In this document: positions 9,801 through 18,000 of the stretch, piece by piece
Layout of the letters: every line of letters begins with the position of its first letter
Numbering within the stretch: the stretch's first letter is position 1
Notes under the pieces: generated by a model
The model's database searches: none
The model's input: the letters and a program-made list of their open reading frames with translations, nothing else
What the model was told of the DNA's origin: nothing
Made by a program: the position numbers and the translations under genes
Sequence record: NC_047766.1
Source: Escherichia phage ECA2
Strand: one strand, 5' to 3'
Length of the DNA: 38,890 nucleotides

Positions 9801-10784
9801 TCAAACTACATTCTTGATGCTGCCCGTCAGGGTGTGCTTGGGGATGTGGCTGGAGCGGCCCTTGCTGGGAAAGCCTCTAAGTTCGGTAAGGCAAACTACC
9901 TTAAGTCTGCCTCTATCAGCCCTGAGCAGTGGAATGGAATCAAGCAGTTGTTCAGAGACTATGCGACTCGTGGAGAAGACGGTAAGTTCACCATTCGTGA
10001 CAAACAGGCTTTCGCTAACGACCCACGTTCAATGGACTTGTGGAGACTGGCCGACAAGGTGGCGGATGAGACTATACTGCGCCCTCACAAGGTTTCCTCA
10101 CAGGACTCCAAAGCGTTCGGTGCAGGGGTGAAGATGGTGATGCAGTTTAAGAACTTCGTCATCAAGTCCCTTAACTCCCGGTTCGTCCGTAGCTTCTATG
10201 AGGCAACGAAGAACAACCGTGCGTTAGACCAAGCGTTGACTCATATCATCTCCTTGGGTCTAGCTGGTGGTTACTACGTTGCGCAGGCACACCTTAAGGC
10301 CGCAAGCCTACAGGAGCACAAACGTAAGGAGTACCTCAAGAACGCCCTTGACCCTAAGATGATTGCTCATGCATCAATCTCCCGTAGTTCACACTTAGGC
10401 TCACCATTGAGTATCTACGACATGTTCGCTGGGATGGTTGGTAGCGATACCTATAAGTACACCCGCTCTACTGTACTCCCTAAAGAGTCCGAGAAGCGTG
10501 ACCCTACCAAGGCAGTGACAGGTAGACAGGTGGCTTCAACTATCGCAGGTGCAGTTGGTGAGCAGGTTCCGGGTTTAGGTTTTGTGGGTTCTGTGGGCGC
10601 AACAGCCATTAACGCCGCTTCCCTGCTGTCTTCTCCAAACAAGGCTACCGCTCTGGAGTTCCGTACAGGACTCTTCAACACCTCTCGTGAGTTGATTCCT
10701 AATGACCCGCTATCGCAGCAACTCATTATGAAAATCTACGAGGCCAACGGTATCCGCATAAAGGAGACGCCGAAGAAACAATAA
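6822..10784 (+). CDS. 16: Internal virion protein D (gp16) with N-terminal lytic transglycosylase domain
   Basis: 1320 aa; N-terminal SLT-like motif (AFNESSFNP...GPKGLMQFTKGTA); synteny. Confidence 0.93.
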   Translation: MSYDKNKPSEFDGLFQKAADKHGVSYDLLRKLAFNESSFNPKAKSPTGPKGLMQFTKGTATALGLKVTDADDDDRYNPELAVDAAARHLSDLIRKYDGDELKAALAYNQGEGRNGAPQMQAYDKGDWASISEEGRNYMRNLMDVANSPRKGDLEAFGGITPKAKGIPSGDAFAGIGKKQTVGTDLPESTGFKVEGTEQKAPNVPYAKDFWEKTGTTLDEFNARSTFFGIGDAISAELHNSVLGVAFRAARSDDGFDLFKDTITPTRWNSHTWTPEELERIRKEVKNPAYINVVTGGSPENLDALIKMANDNYEMDARSADAGVGAKLTAGIVGAGVDPLSYVPLVGVAGKGLKVVNKAFVVGTQSAGLAIASEGIRTSIAGGEAHYADAALGGLMFGAGMSAISDAIAAGIRRSRGTEVVNDFAPMAHRLEARETALNSGGEDLTRMPSENRVFDREHAGVEYSPLETEPGAVVLPQGQILSDTNPLNPQTLSEFEAVNPERAASGISLGGFTEIGLKTLRSENPTVRSIASDLVRSPTGMESGSNGKFGATASDIKERLHANNQRTYNQLYDAVRTAMKDPEFSTGGATMSRKEIRQEIYKRAALAIERPELQANLTKGERNVMNILKQHFDLKREIMENPSIFGNTKAVSIFPGSRHKGTYVPNVYDRAIKIEMVKRYGNDGLQRAIAESWLTSYRARPEVKARVDEYLMELNGLKSVQEVTPEMVQKHAMDKAYGISHTDQFSASSVIEDNIEGLVGIENNNFLEARNMFDSDMAVTLPDGNTFSVNDLRTYDMAEILPAYDRRVDGDVAIMGGSGKTTKDLKDEIMALDKQSEGNGTLKGEVEALKDTVKILTGRARRNPEGAWGTALRSVNDLTFFAKNAYMGAQNVTEIAGMLAKGNVSAITHGIPMINDWVNRGKPLRASEIKEIHGMVFGKELDQLIRPGREDHVRRLRESTDTSAAVANVVGTIRFGTQELAARSPWTMLLNGTSNYILDAARQGVLGDVAGAALAGKASKFGKANYLKSASISPEQWNGIKQLFRDYATRGEDGKFTIRDKQAFANDPRSMDLWRLADKVADETILRPHKVSSQDSKAFGAGVKMVMQFKNFVIKSLNSRFVRSFYEATKNNRALDQALTHIISLGLAGGYYVAQAHLKAASLQEHKRKEYLKNALDPKMIAHASISRSSHLGSPLSIYDMFAGMVGSDTYKYTRSTVLPKESEKRDPTKAVTGRQVASTIAGAVGEQVPGLGFVGSVGATAINAASLLSSPNKATALEFRTGLFNTSRELIPNDPLSQQLIMKIYEANGIRIKETPKKQ

Positions 10785-10806
10785 ACCCTCACTAAAGGGA
10801 GAGAGG
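10780..10806 (+). promoter_or_regulatory. Phage RNAP promoter phi17
   Basis: AATAAACCCTCACTAAAGGGAGAGAGG. Confidence 0.88.
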
Positions 10807-10855
10807 TCACATTCTGGCCTCTTCTCTCCTAATGCTAATTTACAAAGGAGGTCAC

Positions 10856-12544
10856 ATGGCTACAAATATTAAGACCGTGATGACTTACCCGCTGGATGGC
10901 TCCACTACGGACTTTAATATTCCGTTTGAGTATCTGGCTCGTAAGTTCGTCCGAGTGACCCTTATCGGTGTTGACCGAAAGGAACTCATCTTGAATCAAG
11001 ACTATCGTTTTGCAACTAAGACCACAATCTCAACAACGAGAGCGTTGGGGCCAGCGGACGGTTATAACATGGTTGAAATCCGTCGATTTACCTCCGCTAC
11101 CGATAGGCTGGTTGACTTCACCGATGGTTCAATCCTTCGGGCATACGACCTGAACATCTCTCAGGTTCAAACCCTTCACGTTGCAGAAGAGGCTCGTGAC
11201 TTAACGGCTGATACCATTGGTGTGAACAACGATGGCAACCTTGATGCTCGTGGTCGTCGTATCATAAACGTAGCTGATGGTGTTGACCTCGGTGATGTTA
11301 TCACTTTAGGTCAAGTCACTCGGTGGAATGAGTCTGCCCTGAACTCTAAGAACGCCGCTGCTACCTCTCAGGCCGCTGCCAAGACCTCAGAGACCAACGC
11401 TAAGACCTCAGAGACCAACGCTAAGACCTCAGAGACCAACGCTAAGACCTCAGAGACCAACGCTAAGACCTCAGAGACCAACGCGTACCAATGGGCGCAG
11501 CGTGCAGAGGACTCTCCGGTGCAGGGTAGCGAGTTCTCCTCATATCACTACTCACGCAAATCCGCTAAGAGTGCTGCCGCCGCGAGTGTTTCTGAAGATA
11601 ATGCTAAGGTGTCCGAGAATAACTCGAAGACCTCTGAGACCAACGCTAAGACCTCTGAGACCAACGCTGCGGCCTCTGCTCAGACAGCTAAGGATGAGGC
11701 GGCTAAGCTGACCAACATGAATGACTTTGCTGCCGCTATTGATTCAGTCAACGGTAACAATGTTGTCATGAAGGGTGACTTCACCATTAAAGGAAACGGT
11801 AAAGTATCAATACTGAACCACAGTGGGCTATACCAAGATAAGACCGTGAATGGCGTGAACTATGCCAACAGGATTTATATGGATGATGCAGGGGCCATGC
11901 ACTTCGAGAACTACCGTGTGTCTGGTACTTCATCCACCTTACGTGCTGGTTTTGTTATTACAGATACCAACAGGTTTGACTTTACAGGGCCAACGCAAGT
12001 TAATGGTGATATCATCGCATATGTGAATGCGCCCCCTAATCCAGCTATTGGTCAATACCTCAATTCTGTGGCAGTTCGCTCACAGCTTCGGGGCCGTGGT
12101 GCTGAGAATGATCCACTTGGTGCGTACTGTGGTATGTATATTCAGGAGCACGTTGGTACAGACCACGCGATAATCCTTAACCTCAATGGTTTTAGCAAGG
12201 ATACTAACTGGCAGCTATTCTCCAATGGTAAAATATCTACACCACTTGGTGATGTGATGACTTCAGGTTCTGATGTTAGAATCAAGGATGATATCACTAA
12301 ACCTCTTGATGGTGCTGGTGAGCGTATTGACGCAATTGGCATAGTGGAATACACAGAGATTGCCACCGGGGAACGTAAACGTGGGTGGCTGGCCCAACAG
12401 CTTGACACGATTGACCCGCTGTACACATACCTCACGACCACCGCAGAAGGTAGTCTTTTGAATACCAACGACAGGGCGTTGCTTGCTGACGTAATAACTG
12501 AGCTTCAGGCACTACGTCAACGCGTTAAAGAACTCGAAGGATAA
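10856..12544 (+). CDS. 17: Tail fibre protein (gp17), mosaic: T7-like N-terminus, repeat-rich shaft, distinct distal region, C-terminal S74-type chaperone domain
   Basis: Start ATG 10856 with RBS AAAGGAGGT; N-terminus MATNIKTVMTYPLDGSTTDFNIPFEYLARKF matches recalled T7 gp17; C-terminus has SDVRIKDDI...RKRGWLAQQLD...VKELE. Confidence 0.9.
   Translation: MATNIKTVMTYPLDGSTTDFNIPFEYLARKFVRVTLIGVDRKELILNQDYRFATKTTISTTRALGPADGYNMVEIRRFTSATDRLVDFTDGSILRAYDLNISQVQTLHVAEEARDLTADTIGVNNDGNLDARGRRIINVADGVDLGDVITLGQVTRWNESALNSKNAAATSQAAAKTSETNAKTSETNAKTSETNAKTSETNAKTSETNAYQWAQRAEDSPVQGSEFSSYHYSRKSAKSAAAASVSEDNAKVSENNSKTSETNAKTSETNAAASAQTAKDEAAKLTNMNDFAAAIDSVNGNNVVMKGDFTIKGNGKVSILNHSGLYQDKTVNGVNYANRIYMDDAGAMHFENYRVSGTSSTLRAGFVITDTNRFDFTGPTQVNGDIIAYVNAPPNPAIGQYLNSVAVRSQLRGRGAENDPLGAYCGMYIQEHVGTDHAIILNLNGFSKDTNWQLFSNGKISTPLGDVMTSGSDVRIKDDITKPLDGAGERIDAIGIVEYTEIATGERKRGWLAQQLDTIDPLYTYLTTTAEGSLLNTNDRALLADVITELQALRQRVKELEG
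11378..11482 (+). repeat. Five tandem copies of a 21-bp unit (GCTAAGACCTCAGAGACCAAC) encoding AKTSETN heptads in gene 17
   Basis: Four perfect copies plus one with a single mismatch; diverged copies at about 11600-11665. Confidence 0.95.
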
Positions 12545-12584
12545 TCAACAAAGCCATCGGACGGCACAACATAAGGAGAACACA

Positions 12585-12788
12585 ATGCTTTCTTTTGACT
12601 TCAATAACGAGGTCGTTAAGGCTGCGCCGATTGTTGGCACAGGGGTCGCTGATGGTGCGGCCCGACTCTTTTGGGGACTATCGTTAAACGAATGGTTCTA
12701 CGTTGCAGCTATCGCCTACACAGTGGTTCAGATTGGTGCCAAGGTAGTCGATAAGATGATTGACTGGAAACGTGCAAATAAGGAGTAA
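12585..12788 (+). CDS. 17.5: Holin (gp17.5)
   Basis: 67 aa; MLSFDFNNEVVKAAPIVGTGVADGAARLFWGLSLNEWFYVAAIAYTVVQIGAKVVDKMIDWKRANKE closely matches recalled T7 gp17.5. Confidence 0.95.
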   Translation: MLSFDFNNEVVKAAPIVGTGVADGAARLFWGLSLNEWFYVAAIAYTVVQIGAKVVDKMIDWKRANKE

Positions 12789-12791
12789 CCT

Positions 12792-13058
12792 ATGAGCGAC
12801 AAGACTTTAATCAAGCTGCTAGAGATGCTGGACACGGAGATGGCACAGCGTATGCTTGCTGACCTCCAGAACGAGGAACGCCGAACTCCGCAGCTTTACA
12901 ACGCAATCGGCAAACTGTTAGACCGCCATAAGTTCCAAATCAGTAAGCTGACCCCGGATGAGAACATCCTTGGAGGTCTCGCGGCTGGTCTGGAAGACTA
13001 CAACAAAGTGGTCGGCCCTAATGGTCTGACTGACGATGAGACTATCACGCTACAGTAA
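12792..13058 (+). CDS. 18: Terminase small subunit (gp18)
   Basis: 88 aa; synteny and size (T7 gp18 is 89 aa). Confidence 0.88.
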   Translation: MSDKTLIKLLEMLDTEMAQRMLADLQNEERRTPQLYNAIGKLLDRHKFQISKLTPDENILGGLAAGLEDYNKVVGPNGLTDDETITLQ

Positions 13059-13062
13059 GTGA

Positions 13063-13100
13063 CATACTCAAGGTTCTCCACGTGGGGAGCCTTTATGGAT
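13063..13100 (+). ncRNA. RNase III-type processing hairpin (R18.5-like)
   Basis: ACTCAAGGTTCTCC...GGGGAGCCTTTATGGATG; shares the ACTCAAGG...GCCTTTATGAT motif with other sites in this genome. Confidence 0.55.
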
Positions 13101-13147
13101 GTTATTTGGTGCATCTACGTGAAATCTAAAAATTGATGGGAGGTGTT

Positions 13148-13621
13148 ATGCTAAAACTTTTACGCAGCGCACTCCCTTGGGTACTCGCCGGGACACTCTT
13201 TATGGGTGGCTGGCACTTAGGGTCAACCCATGAGAGAGCAAACTGGAAGGAGGTAATCCAAAATGAATACATTGCGAAAACAAAAGCTGATATCCAACAG
13301 CATAATGCAGTACAGACAGCACTCGATGCCATTGCTAAGCGGCACTCCGATGAGATGGCTGAACTTGAGGGGAGCACTGATGGGATTGTTAATGCTCTCA
13401 ATGCTGATAACAAGCGGCTGCGTGTCAAACTCAAAGCTATCAGTGGAACACCCGGCGATAAACAGCAGTGTATCAGCACAGTTGATGGAAAAGCCGAACT
13501 TGACGAAGGAGATGCTAAGCGTCTTATCGGAATAGCTCAGAAGGGTGATAAGTGGATTGAGAACCTACAGGACACTGTGCGAGTTCTCCAAGGTAAACTC
13601 AAAGAGAAGGAGACTAAGTAA
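13148..13621 (+). CDS. 18.5: Rz-like i-spanin (gp18.5)
   Basis: Start ATG 13148 with RBS GGGAGGTG; N-terminal TM segment; matches recalled T7 gp18.5 (LRSALPWVLAG...DNKRLRV). Confidence 0.88.
   Translation: MLKLLRSALPWVLAGTLFMGGWHLGSTHERANWKEVIQNEYIAKTKADIQQHNAVQTALDAIAKRHSDEMAELEGSTDGIVNALNADNKRLRVKLKAISGTPGDKQQCISTVDGKAELDEGDAKRLIGIAQKGDKWIENLQDTVRVLQGKLKEKETK
13263..13535 (+). CDS. 18.7: Rz1-like o-spanin lipoprotein (gp18.7), embedded in 18.5 in the +1 frame
   Basis: Lipobox-like LITSGC; embedded arrangement as in T7 18.5/18.7. Confidence 0.75.
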   Translation: MNTLRKQKLISNSIMQYRQHSMPLLSGTPMRWLNLRGALMGLLMLSMLITSGCVSNSKLSVEHPAINSSVSAQLMEKPNLTKEMLSVLSE

Positions 13622-14046
13622 TGGCTATGGGAAGACCAAGGGCGTCTCAGTTAGAGCGGGAATGTTCGACCTGCGGTCTGACTAAGCCCGTTTCTGAGTT
13701 TCATAAGAATGGCAACCTGCGGGGTGTCCCTCAGTATAAAACAACTTGTAAGCCATGCCGTAAGGCTGCAACCCAACCAGACACCTACAGGAAATATCAC
13801 CTCAAGGCTCGTTACGGTATTACCGTGGATGAGTATGACGCGTTGGAGAAGGCCCAAGGAGGAGTGTGTAAGATTTGTCAGAGGCCAGAGACTCAGCGTA
13901 AGAGACTCGCCGTTGACCACTGCCATACTACTGGTGCTGTTCGTGGCTTACTGTGTACAACCTGCAATGCGGCAATCGGTCATCTATTGGATGACCCAGA
14001 GATTATCCGTAGGGCTGCTGACTACGTAGGAGGAACCCTTGAGTAA
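13621..14046 (+). CDS. HNH endonuclease, endonuclease VII-type (putative homing endonuclease)
   Basis: 141 aa; motif [40 protein letters not shown] typical of the Endonuclease_7 / HNH family; start overlaps 18.5 stop (TAATG) and 3' end overlaps the gene 19 start. Confidence 0.8.
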   Translation: MAMGRPRASQLERECSTCGLTKPVSEFHKNGNLRGVPQYKTTCKPCRKAATQPDTYRKYHLKARYGITVDEYDALEKAQGGVCKICQRPETQRKRLAVDHCHTTGAVRGLLCTTCNAAIGHLLDDPEIIRRAADYVGGTLE

Positions 14047-15802
14047 CTCACAAGAGGCCCGCAATGCCTTAATAGTTGCGCAACTTAAAGGAGATTTTGT
14101 CGCTTTCTTATTTGTCCTATGGAAAGCCCTTTCGCTTCCACAACCCACTAAGTGTCAGATTGATATGGCACGGTGTCTGGCTAACGGAGACAACAAGAAG
14201 TTTATCCTACAGGCTTTCCGTGGTATCGGTAAGTCATTCATCACCTGTGCGTTCGTTGTGTGGACGCTGTGGCGTGACCCTCAGTTGAAGATACTGATTG
14301 TCTCTGCATCCAAAGAACGTGCGGACGCTAACTCCATCTTCATCAAGAACATCATTGACCTGCTGCCCTTCTTGGCTGAGCTAAAGCCTCGCCCCGGTCA
14401 GCGTGACTCTGTGATTAGTTTCGATGTTGGCCCTGCCAAGCCTGACCACTCTCCGTCTGTGAAGTCGGTGGGTATCACTGGTCAGTTGACTGGTAGTCGT
14501 GCTGATATCATCATAGCAGATGACGTTGAGATTCCGTCTAACTCCGCAACTCAAGGTGCCCGTGAGAAGCTGTGGACTCTGGTGCAGGAATTTGCTGCGC
14601 TTCTGAAACCGCTGCCGACTTCTCGCGTTATCTACCTTGGCACGCCTCAAACCGAAATGACCTTGTACAAGGAACTCGAAGATAACCGTGGGTACACCAC
14701 AATCATCTGGCCTGCGCTCTATCCGCGTAGCCGTGAGGAAGACTTGTACTATGGCGACCGTCTGGCCCCGATGCTCCGCGAAGAGTTCAACGATGGGTTC
14801 GAGATGCTCCAAGGTCAACCGACTGACCCCGTGCGCTTCGATATGGAAGACCTACGTGAGCGTGAGTTGGAATACGGTAAGGCTGGCTTCACTTTGCAGT
14901 TCATGCTCAACCCGAACCTTAGTGATGCCGAGAAGTACCCCTTACGCCTCCGTGACGCTATCGTGTGCGGTCTTGACTTCGAGAAAGCCCCAATGCATTA
15001 CCAGTGGCTACCGAACCGTCAGAATCGCAATGAAGAGCTTCCTAATGTGGGACTTAAGGGTGATGATATTCATAGCTATCATTCGTGCAGCCAGAACACT
15101 GGACAGTACCAGCAACGCATCCTCGTGATTGACCCAAGTGGTCGTGGTAAAGATGAGACAGGTTACGCAGTGTTGTTCACCCTGAATGGCTACATCTATC
15201 TGATGGAAGCTGGCGGGTTCCGCGATGGTTATTCCGATAAGACCCTTGAGTCCCTCGCTAAGAAAGCGAAGCAGTGGAAGGTTCAGACCGTGGTCTTCGA
15301 GAGCAACTTCGGGGATGGTATGTTTGGTAAGGTATTCAGTCCTGTGCTCCTGAAACACCATGCAGCCGCTATGGAAGAGATTCGCGCTCGTGGTATGAAG
15401 GAACTACGCATTTGTGATACGCTGGAACCTGTGCTCTCTACGCACCGCCTTGTGATTCGTGATGAGGTGATTCGTGAGGACTACCAGACTGCCCGTGACG
15501 CTGATGGCAAGCATGACGTTCGCTATTCGCTGTTCTACCAGTTGACCCGTATGGCCCGTGAGAAGGGCGCTGTGGCACATGACGACCGACTTGATGCGTT
15601 AGCATTGGGTGTGGAGTTCTTACGCTCTACGATGGAACTGGACGCCGTGAAGGTGGAGGCTGAGGTGCTTGAGGCGTTCTTAGAGGAACACATGGAGCAC
15701 CCAATCCATTCGGCTGGTCATGTAGTTACCTCGATGGTTGACGGTATGGAACTCTATTGGGAGGATGACGATGTGAATAGCAACAGGTTCATTGACTGGT
15801 AG
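14039..15802 (+). CDS. 19: Terminase large subunit (gp19), apparent TTG start
   Basis: 587 aa; conserved N-terminus [30 protein letters not shown] begins at TTG 14039; AGGAGG at 14028-14033; in-frame TAG at 14027-14029 closes the frame upstream. Confidence 0.9.
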   Translation: MSNSQEARNALIVAQLKGDFVAFLFVLWKALSLPQPTKCQIDMARCLANGDNKKFILQAFRGIGKSFITCAFVVWTLWRDPQLKILIVSASKERADANSIFIKNIIDLLPFLAELKPRPGQRDSVISFDVGPAKPDHSPSVKSVGITGQLTGSRADIIIADDVEIPSNSATQGAREKLWTLVQEFAALLKPLPTSRVIYLGTPQTEMTLYKELEDNRGYTTIIWPALYPRSREEDLYYGDRLAPMLREEFNDGFEMLQGQPTDPVRFDMEDLRERELEYGKAGFTLQFMLNPNLSDAEKYPLRLRDAIVCGLDFEKAPMHYQWLPNRQNRNEELPNVGLKGDDIHSYHSCSQNTGQYQQRILVIDPSGRGKDETGYAVLFTLNGYIYLMEAGGFRDGYSDKTLESLAKKAKQWKVQTVVFESNFGDGMFGKVFSPVLLKHHAAAMEEIRARGMKELRICDTLEPVLSTHRLVIRDEVIREDYQTARDADGKHDVRYSLFYQLTRMAREKGAVAHDDRLDALALGVEFLRSTMELDAVKVEAEVLEAFLEEHMEHPIHSAGHVVTSMVDGMELYWEDDDVNSNRFIDW

Positions 15803-15882
15803 TTATGCATATTGAGTGCATAAGGATTCAATTAGACCACGGATGGTCACTTTAAGAAATTCCTTAAGAATCAATGAGTTTG

Positions 15883-15909
15883 CATTAACCCTCACTAAAG
15901 GGAGAGAGG
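15883..15909 (+). promoter_or_regulatory. Phage RNAP promoter phiOR
   Basis: CATTAACCCTCACTAAAGGGAGAGAGG downstream of gene 19. Confidence 0.88.
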
Positions 15910-16046
15910 GGACTTAAAGCTACTATATAGGTTAGTCATTCAGGTTATGCAATGACCCTTTATGCACTTTGAGTCTACCTCTGTGATTGGTGATATTATC
16001 ATTGTATAATCACCCTACCTTAGAGCAACTGAAAGGAGGTGGCTCA

Positions 16047-16196
16047 ATGTTACGCTTGCTGATTGCCCTGCTGCGTCATAGAGTCACTTGGCGATTTCTT
16101 CTGGTACTTACTGCTGCCCTTGGGTACGCAGGTCTTACTGACCACCTCGGTCAACTGGAAGTGGCCTTTTGCTCTATACTCTCTTGTGGGGATTAA
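16047..16196 (+). CDS. 19.5: gp19.5-like small hydrophobic protein
   Basis: 49 aa from ATG 16047 with RBS AAAGGAGGTG; position between phiOR and the terminal repeat as in T7. Confidence 0.6.
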   Translation: MLRLLIALLRHRVTWRFLLVLTAALGYAGLTDHLGQLEVAFCSILSCGD

Positions 16197-16453
16197 ATTA
16201 TTGTTGATGAACGACAAGCGGCTCTGAGGGATTCGTAGGTATAGTTTCACTACACCAACTCATCCCTGTAGAGTCAACCCTAAAGGTTACACCTAAAGAT
16301 GCCCTGTAGTTCGTAATGGTCTTACAGGGTCTTTAAGTGTCTCCTAGCTGTCCCTTCGGGATGCGCCTGTGGTCTCACCTATGGTGCGGCCTCACCTAAA
16401 GTGGTTGCCTAAAGAGACCCTTTAAGAATTTACCACAAAAATCTGAATGGGTA

Positions 16454-16690
16454 TCTCACAGTTCAAGAACCCAAAGTACCCCCCCATAGCCCTCCTAAAG
16501 CCACCTAAAGCCAGCCCTACCCCTCTGGTTTAACCTTCGGTTAACCTTGGTATCTCCTAAAGTGGCCTATAGGATAGCCTAAAGTGTTGCCTAAAGTCAA
16601 TCCCTAAAGTGATGGCTGCCTATTGGAGACTTAAAGAGTGTCCTAGTGTACCAGTTCGATAGTACATCTCTATGTGTCCCTATCTGTTAG
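16454..16690 (+). repeat. Direct terminal repeat region; probable physical left end at about 16454 (single collapsed copy)
   Basis: Begins TCTCACAGTTCAAGAACCCAAAGTACCCCCCC and ends near GTGTCCCTATCTGTTAG, resembling T7/T3 terminal repeat boundaries; boundaries approximate. Confidence 0.55.
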
Positions 16691-16699
16691 CCTCTTAAA

Positions 16700-16790
16700 G
16701 TAAACCCTAAAGCCGCCACCTAAAGACCAGACCTAAAGCCACCACCTAAAGACCAGACCTAAAGCCACCACCTAAAGAGCGCCGCTATCT
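16700..16790 (+). repeat. Short-repeat array (CCTAAAG units, including a duplicated 26-bp block) right of the terminal repeat
   Basis: Repeated CCTAAAG / ACCTAAAGACCAGACCTAAAGCCACC units. Confidence 0.85.
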
Positions 16791-16855
16791 TAAAGACAAC
16801 CAGACCGATAGACCCACTGTTAGCCTGTAGTGATGCCTTGTAGTTATCTGTAGTC

Positions 16856-16884
16856 AATTCAATTACCCTCACTAAAGGGAATAG
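16856..16884 (+). promoter_or_regulatory. Phage RNAP promoter phiOL
   Basis: CAATTCAATTACCCTCACTAAAGGGAATAG. Confidence 0.75.
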
Positions 16885-16935
16885 AGGATACTTAAAGAGG
16901 GAATAAGGGATTTAATACAAGATTTAAATTAATGG

Positions 16936-16965
16936 TTGACTTTAAGTTACCTTTAAGGCTATTAT
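16936..16965 (+). promoter_or_regulatory. Host sigma70 early promoter, A1-like
   Basis: -35 TTGACT (16936-16941), -10 TATTAT (16960-16965), 18-bp spacer. Confidence 0.65.
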
Positions 16966-17064
16966 TCATCTCGTCAACGGGACAACGGCCTTAAAGCCAC
17001 TCCCTGAGATACCGGAGTCAACCGGATAAGTAGACAGCCTGATAAGTCATACGAAAAACAGGCA

Positions 17065-17094
17065 TTGACAACATGAAGTAACATGCAGTAAGAT
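17065..17094 (+). promoter_or_regulatory. Host sigma70 early promoter, A2-like
   Basis: -35 TTGACA, 18-bp spacer, -10 TAAGAT; TTGACAACATGAAGTAACATGCAGTAAGAT matches recalled T7 A2. Confidence 0.8.
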
Positions 17095-17175
17095 GTACCA
17101 CATAACATTAACCACCGCTCCGGTGTCTTCTAGGTGACTTAAGCGCACCACGGCACATAAAGCGAAACAAAATGG

Positions 17176-17204
17176 TTGACAACATGAAGTAAGCACGGTA
17201 CGAT
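17176..17204 (+). promoter_or_regulatory. Host sigma70 early promoter, A3-like
   Basis: -35 TTGACA, 17-bp spacer, -10 TACGAT; matches recalled T7 A3. Confidence 0.8.
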
Positions 17205-17390
17205 GTACCACATGAAAGACACCGAGTGTCGTAGGTGTAAAAACGCGACATAGTGGATAGATGGCGAAAGCACAAGCGACCACGATAATAAAGAGCTTGT
17301 CGCACTTATAACGCAAGTGACGGCTAACACTGAAATAGCCTCGGCTCAACGAAACTGTAGCCTAAAGTTCTTTAACAATCTGGATAATAG

Positions 17391-17450
17391 CTCTTGAGTG
17401 CACGAATAGCGGATAACTCAAGGGTATCGCAAGGTGCCCTTTATGATATC
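17391..17450 (+). ncRNA. RNase III processing site (R0.3-like) upstream of gene 0.3
   Basis: CTCTTGAGTGCACGAATAGCGGATAACTCAAGGGTATCGCAAGGTGCCCTTTATGATATC, near-identical to recalled T7 R0.3. Confidence 0.75.
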
Positions 17451-17481
17451 CACTAACACTACACACAATGAGGTAACACAA

Positions 17482-17847
17482 ATGGCTATGTCTAACATGA
17501 CTTACAGCAACGTTTTCGCCCACGCTTACGAAATGCTGAACGAAAACATTCGTTATGATGATACCCGTGACACTGATGGTCTTAGTGACGCAATTCATGA
17601 GGCAGCAGATAGCGCCGTTCCGCACTATTACAGTGACATTTTCAGTGTAATGGCAAGCGATGGCATTGACCTTGAGTTCGAAGATTCCGGTCTTATGCCG
17701 GACACCAAGGACGTGACCTGTATTCTACAAGCACGCATCTATGAGCAACTCACGATTGACCTTTGGGAAAAAGCTGAGGACTTACTCAACGAATACCTTG
17801 AGGAAATCGAAGAGGAGGAAGAGGAAGTCGAAGAGGACGAAGAGTAA
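17482..17847 (+). CDS. ocr: Ocr (gp0.3) DNA-mimic anti-restriction protein
   Basis: Start ATG 17482 with RBS GAGGT; [27 protein letters not shown]...acidic C-terminus matches recalled T7 Ocr. Confidence 0.92.
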   Translation: MAMSNMTYSNVFAHAYEMLNENIRYDDTRDTDGLSDAIHEAADSAVPHYYSDIFSVMASDGIDLEFEDSGLMPDTKDVTCILQARIYEQLTIDLWEKAEDLLNEYLEEIEEEEEEVEEDEE

Positions 17848-17999
17848 TGGCTACCACCACGCAATATGGTCTGACCGCTCAAACTATACTGTTCTACAGC
17901 GATATGGTGCGCTGTGGCTTCGATTGGCCGCTCGCAATGGCACAACTTAAGGAACTGTACGAACACAACAAGGCAATCGCTTTAGGGGATGCTGAGTGA
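17847..17999 (+). CDS. 0.4: gp0.4 (T7 FtsZ inhibitor homologue)
   Basis: 50 aa, [50 protein letters not shown], matches recalled T7 gp0.4; ATG overlaps the ocr stop. Confidence 0.85.
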   Translation: MATTTQYGLTAQTILFYSDMVRCGFDWPLAMAQLKELYEHNKAIALGDAE

Positions 18000-18000
18000 T

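Noticed and set aside
14076-15128. Internal alternate-frame ORFs within gene 19 (70 and 146 aa)
   Set aside because: Cannot be distinguished from chance frames without comparative data, although T7 annotations list small genes inside gene 19; left unannotated.
15976-16010. Perfect TATAAT hexamer (16005-16010) upstream of gene 19.5 as a possible host promoter
   Set aside because: No convincing -35 element at 16-18 bp spacing; the late region is transcribed by phage RNAP from phiOR just upstream.
16280-16800. Short repeats (CCTAAAG units) that could superficially suggest a CRISPR-like array
   Set aside because: Units are 7 bp with irregular spacing and no spacer/repeat periodicity; they correspond to the known short-repeat arrays flanking the terminal repeat of T7-like genomes.
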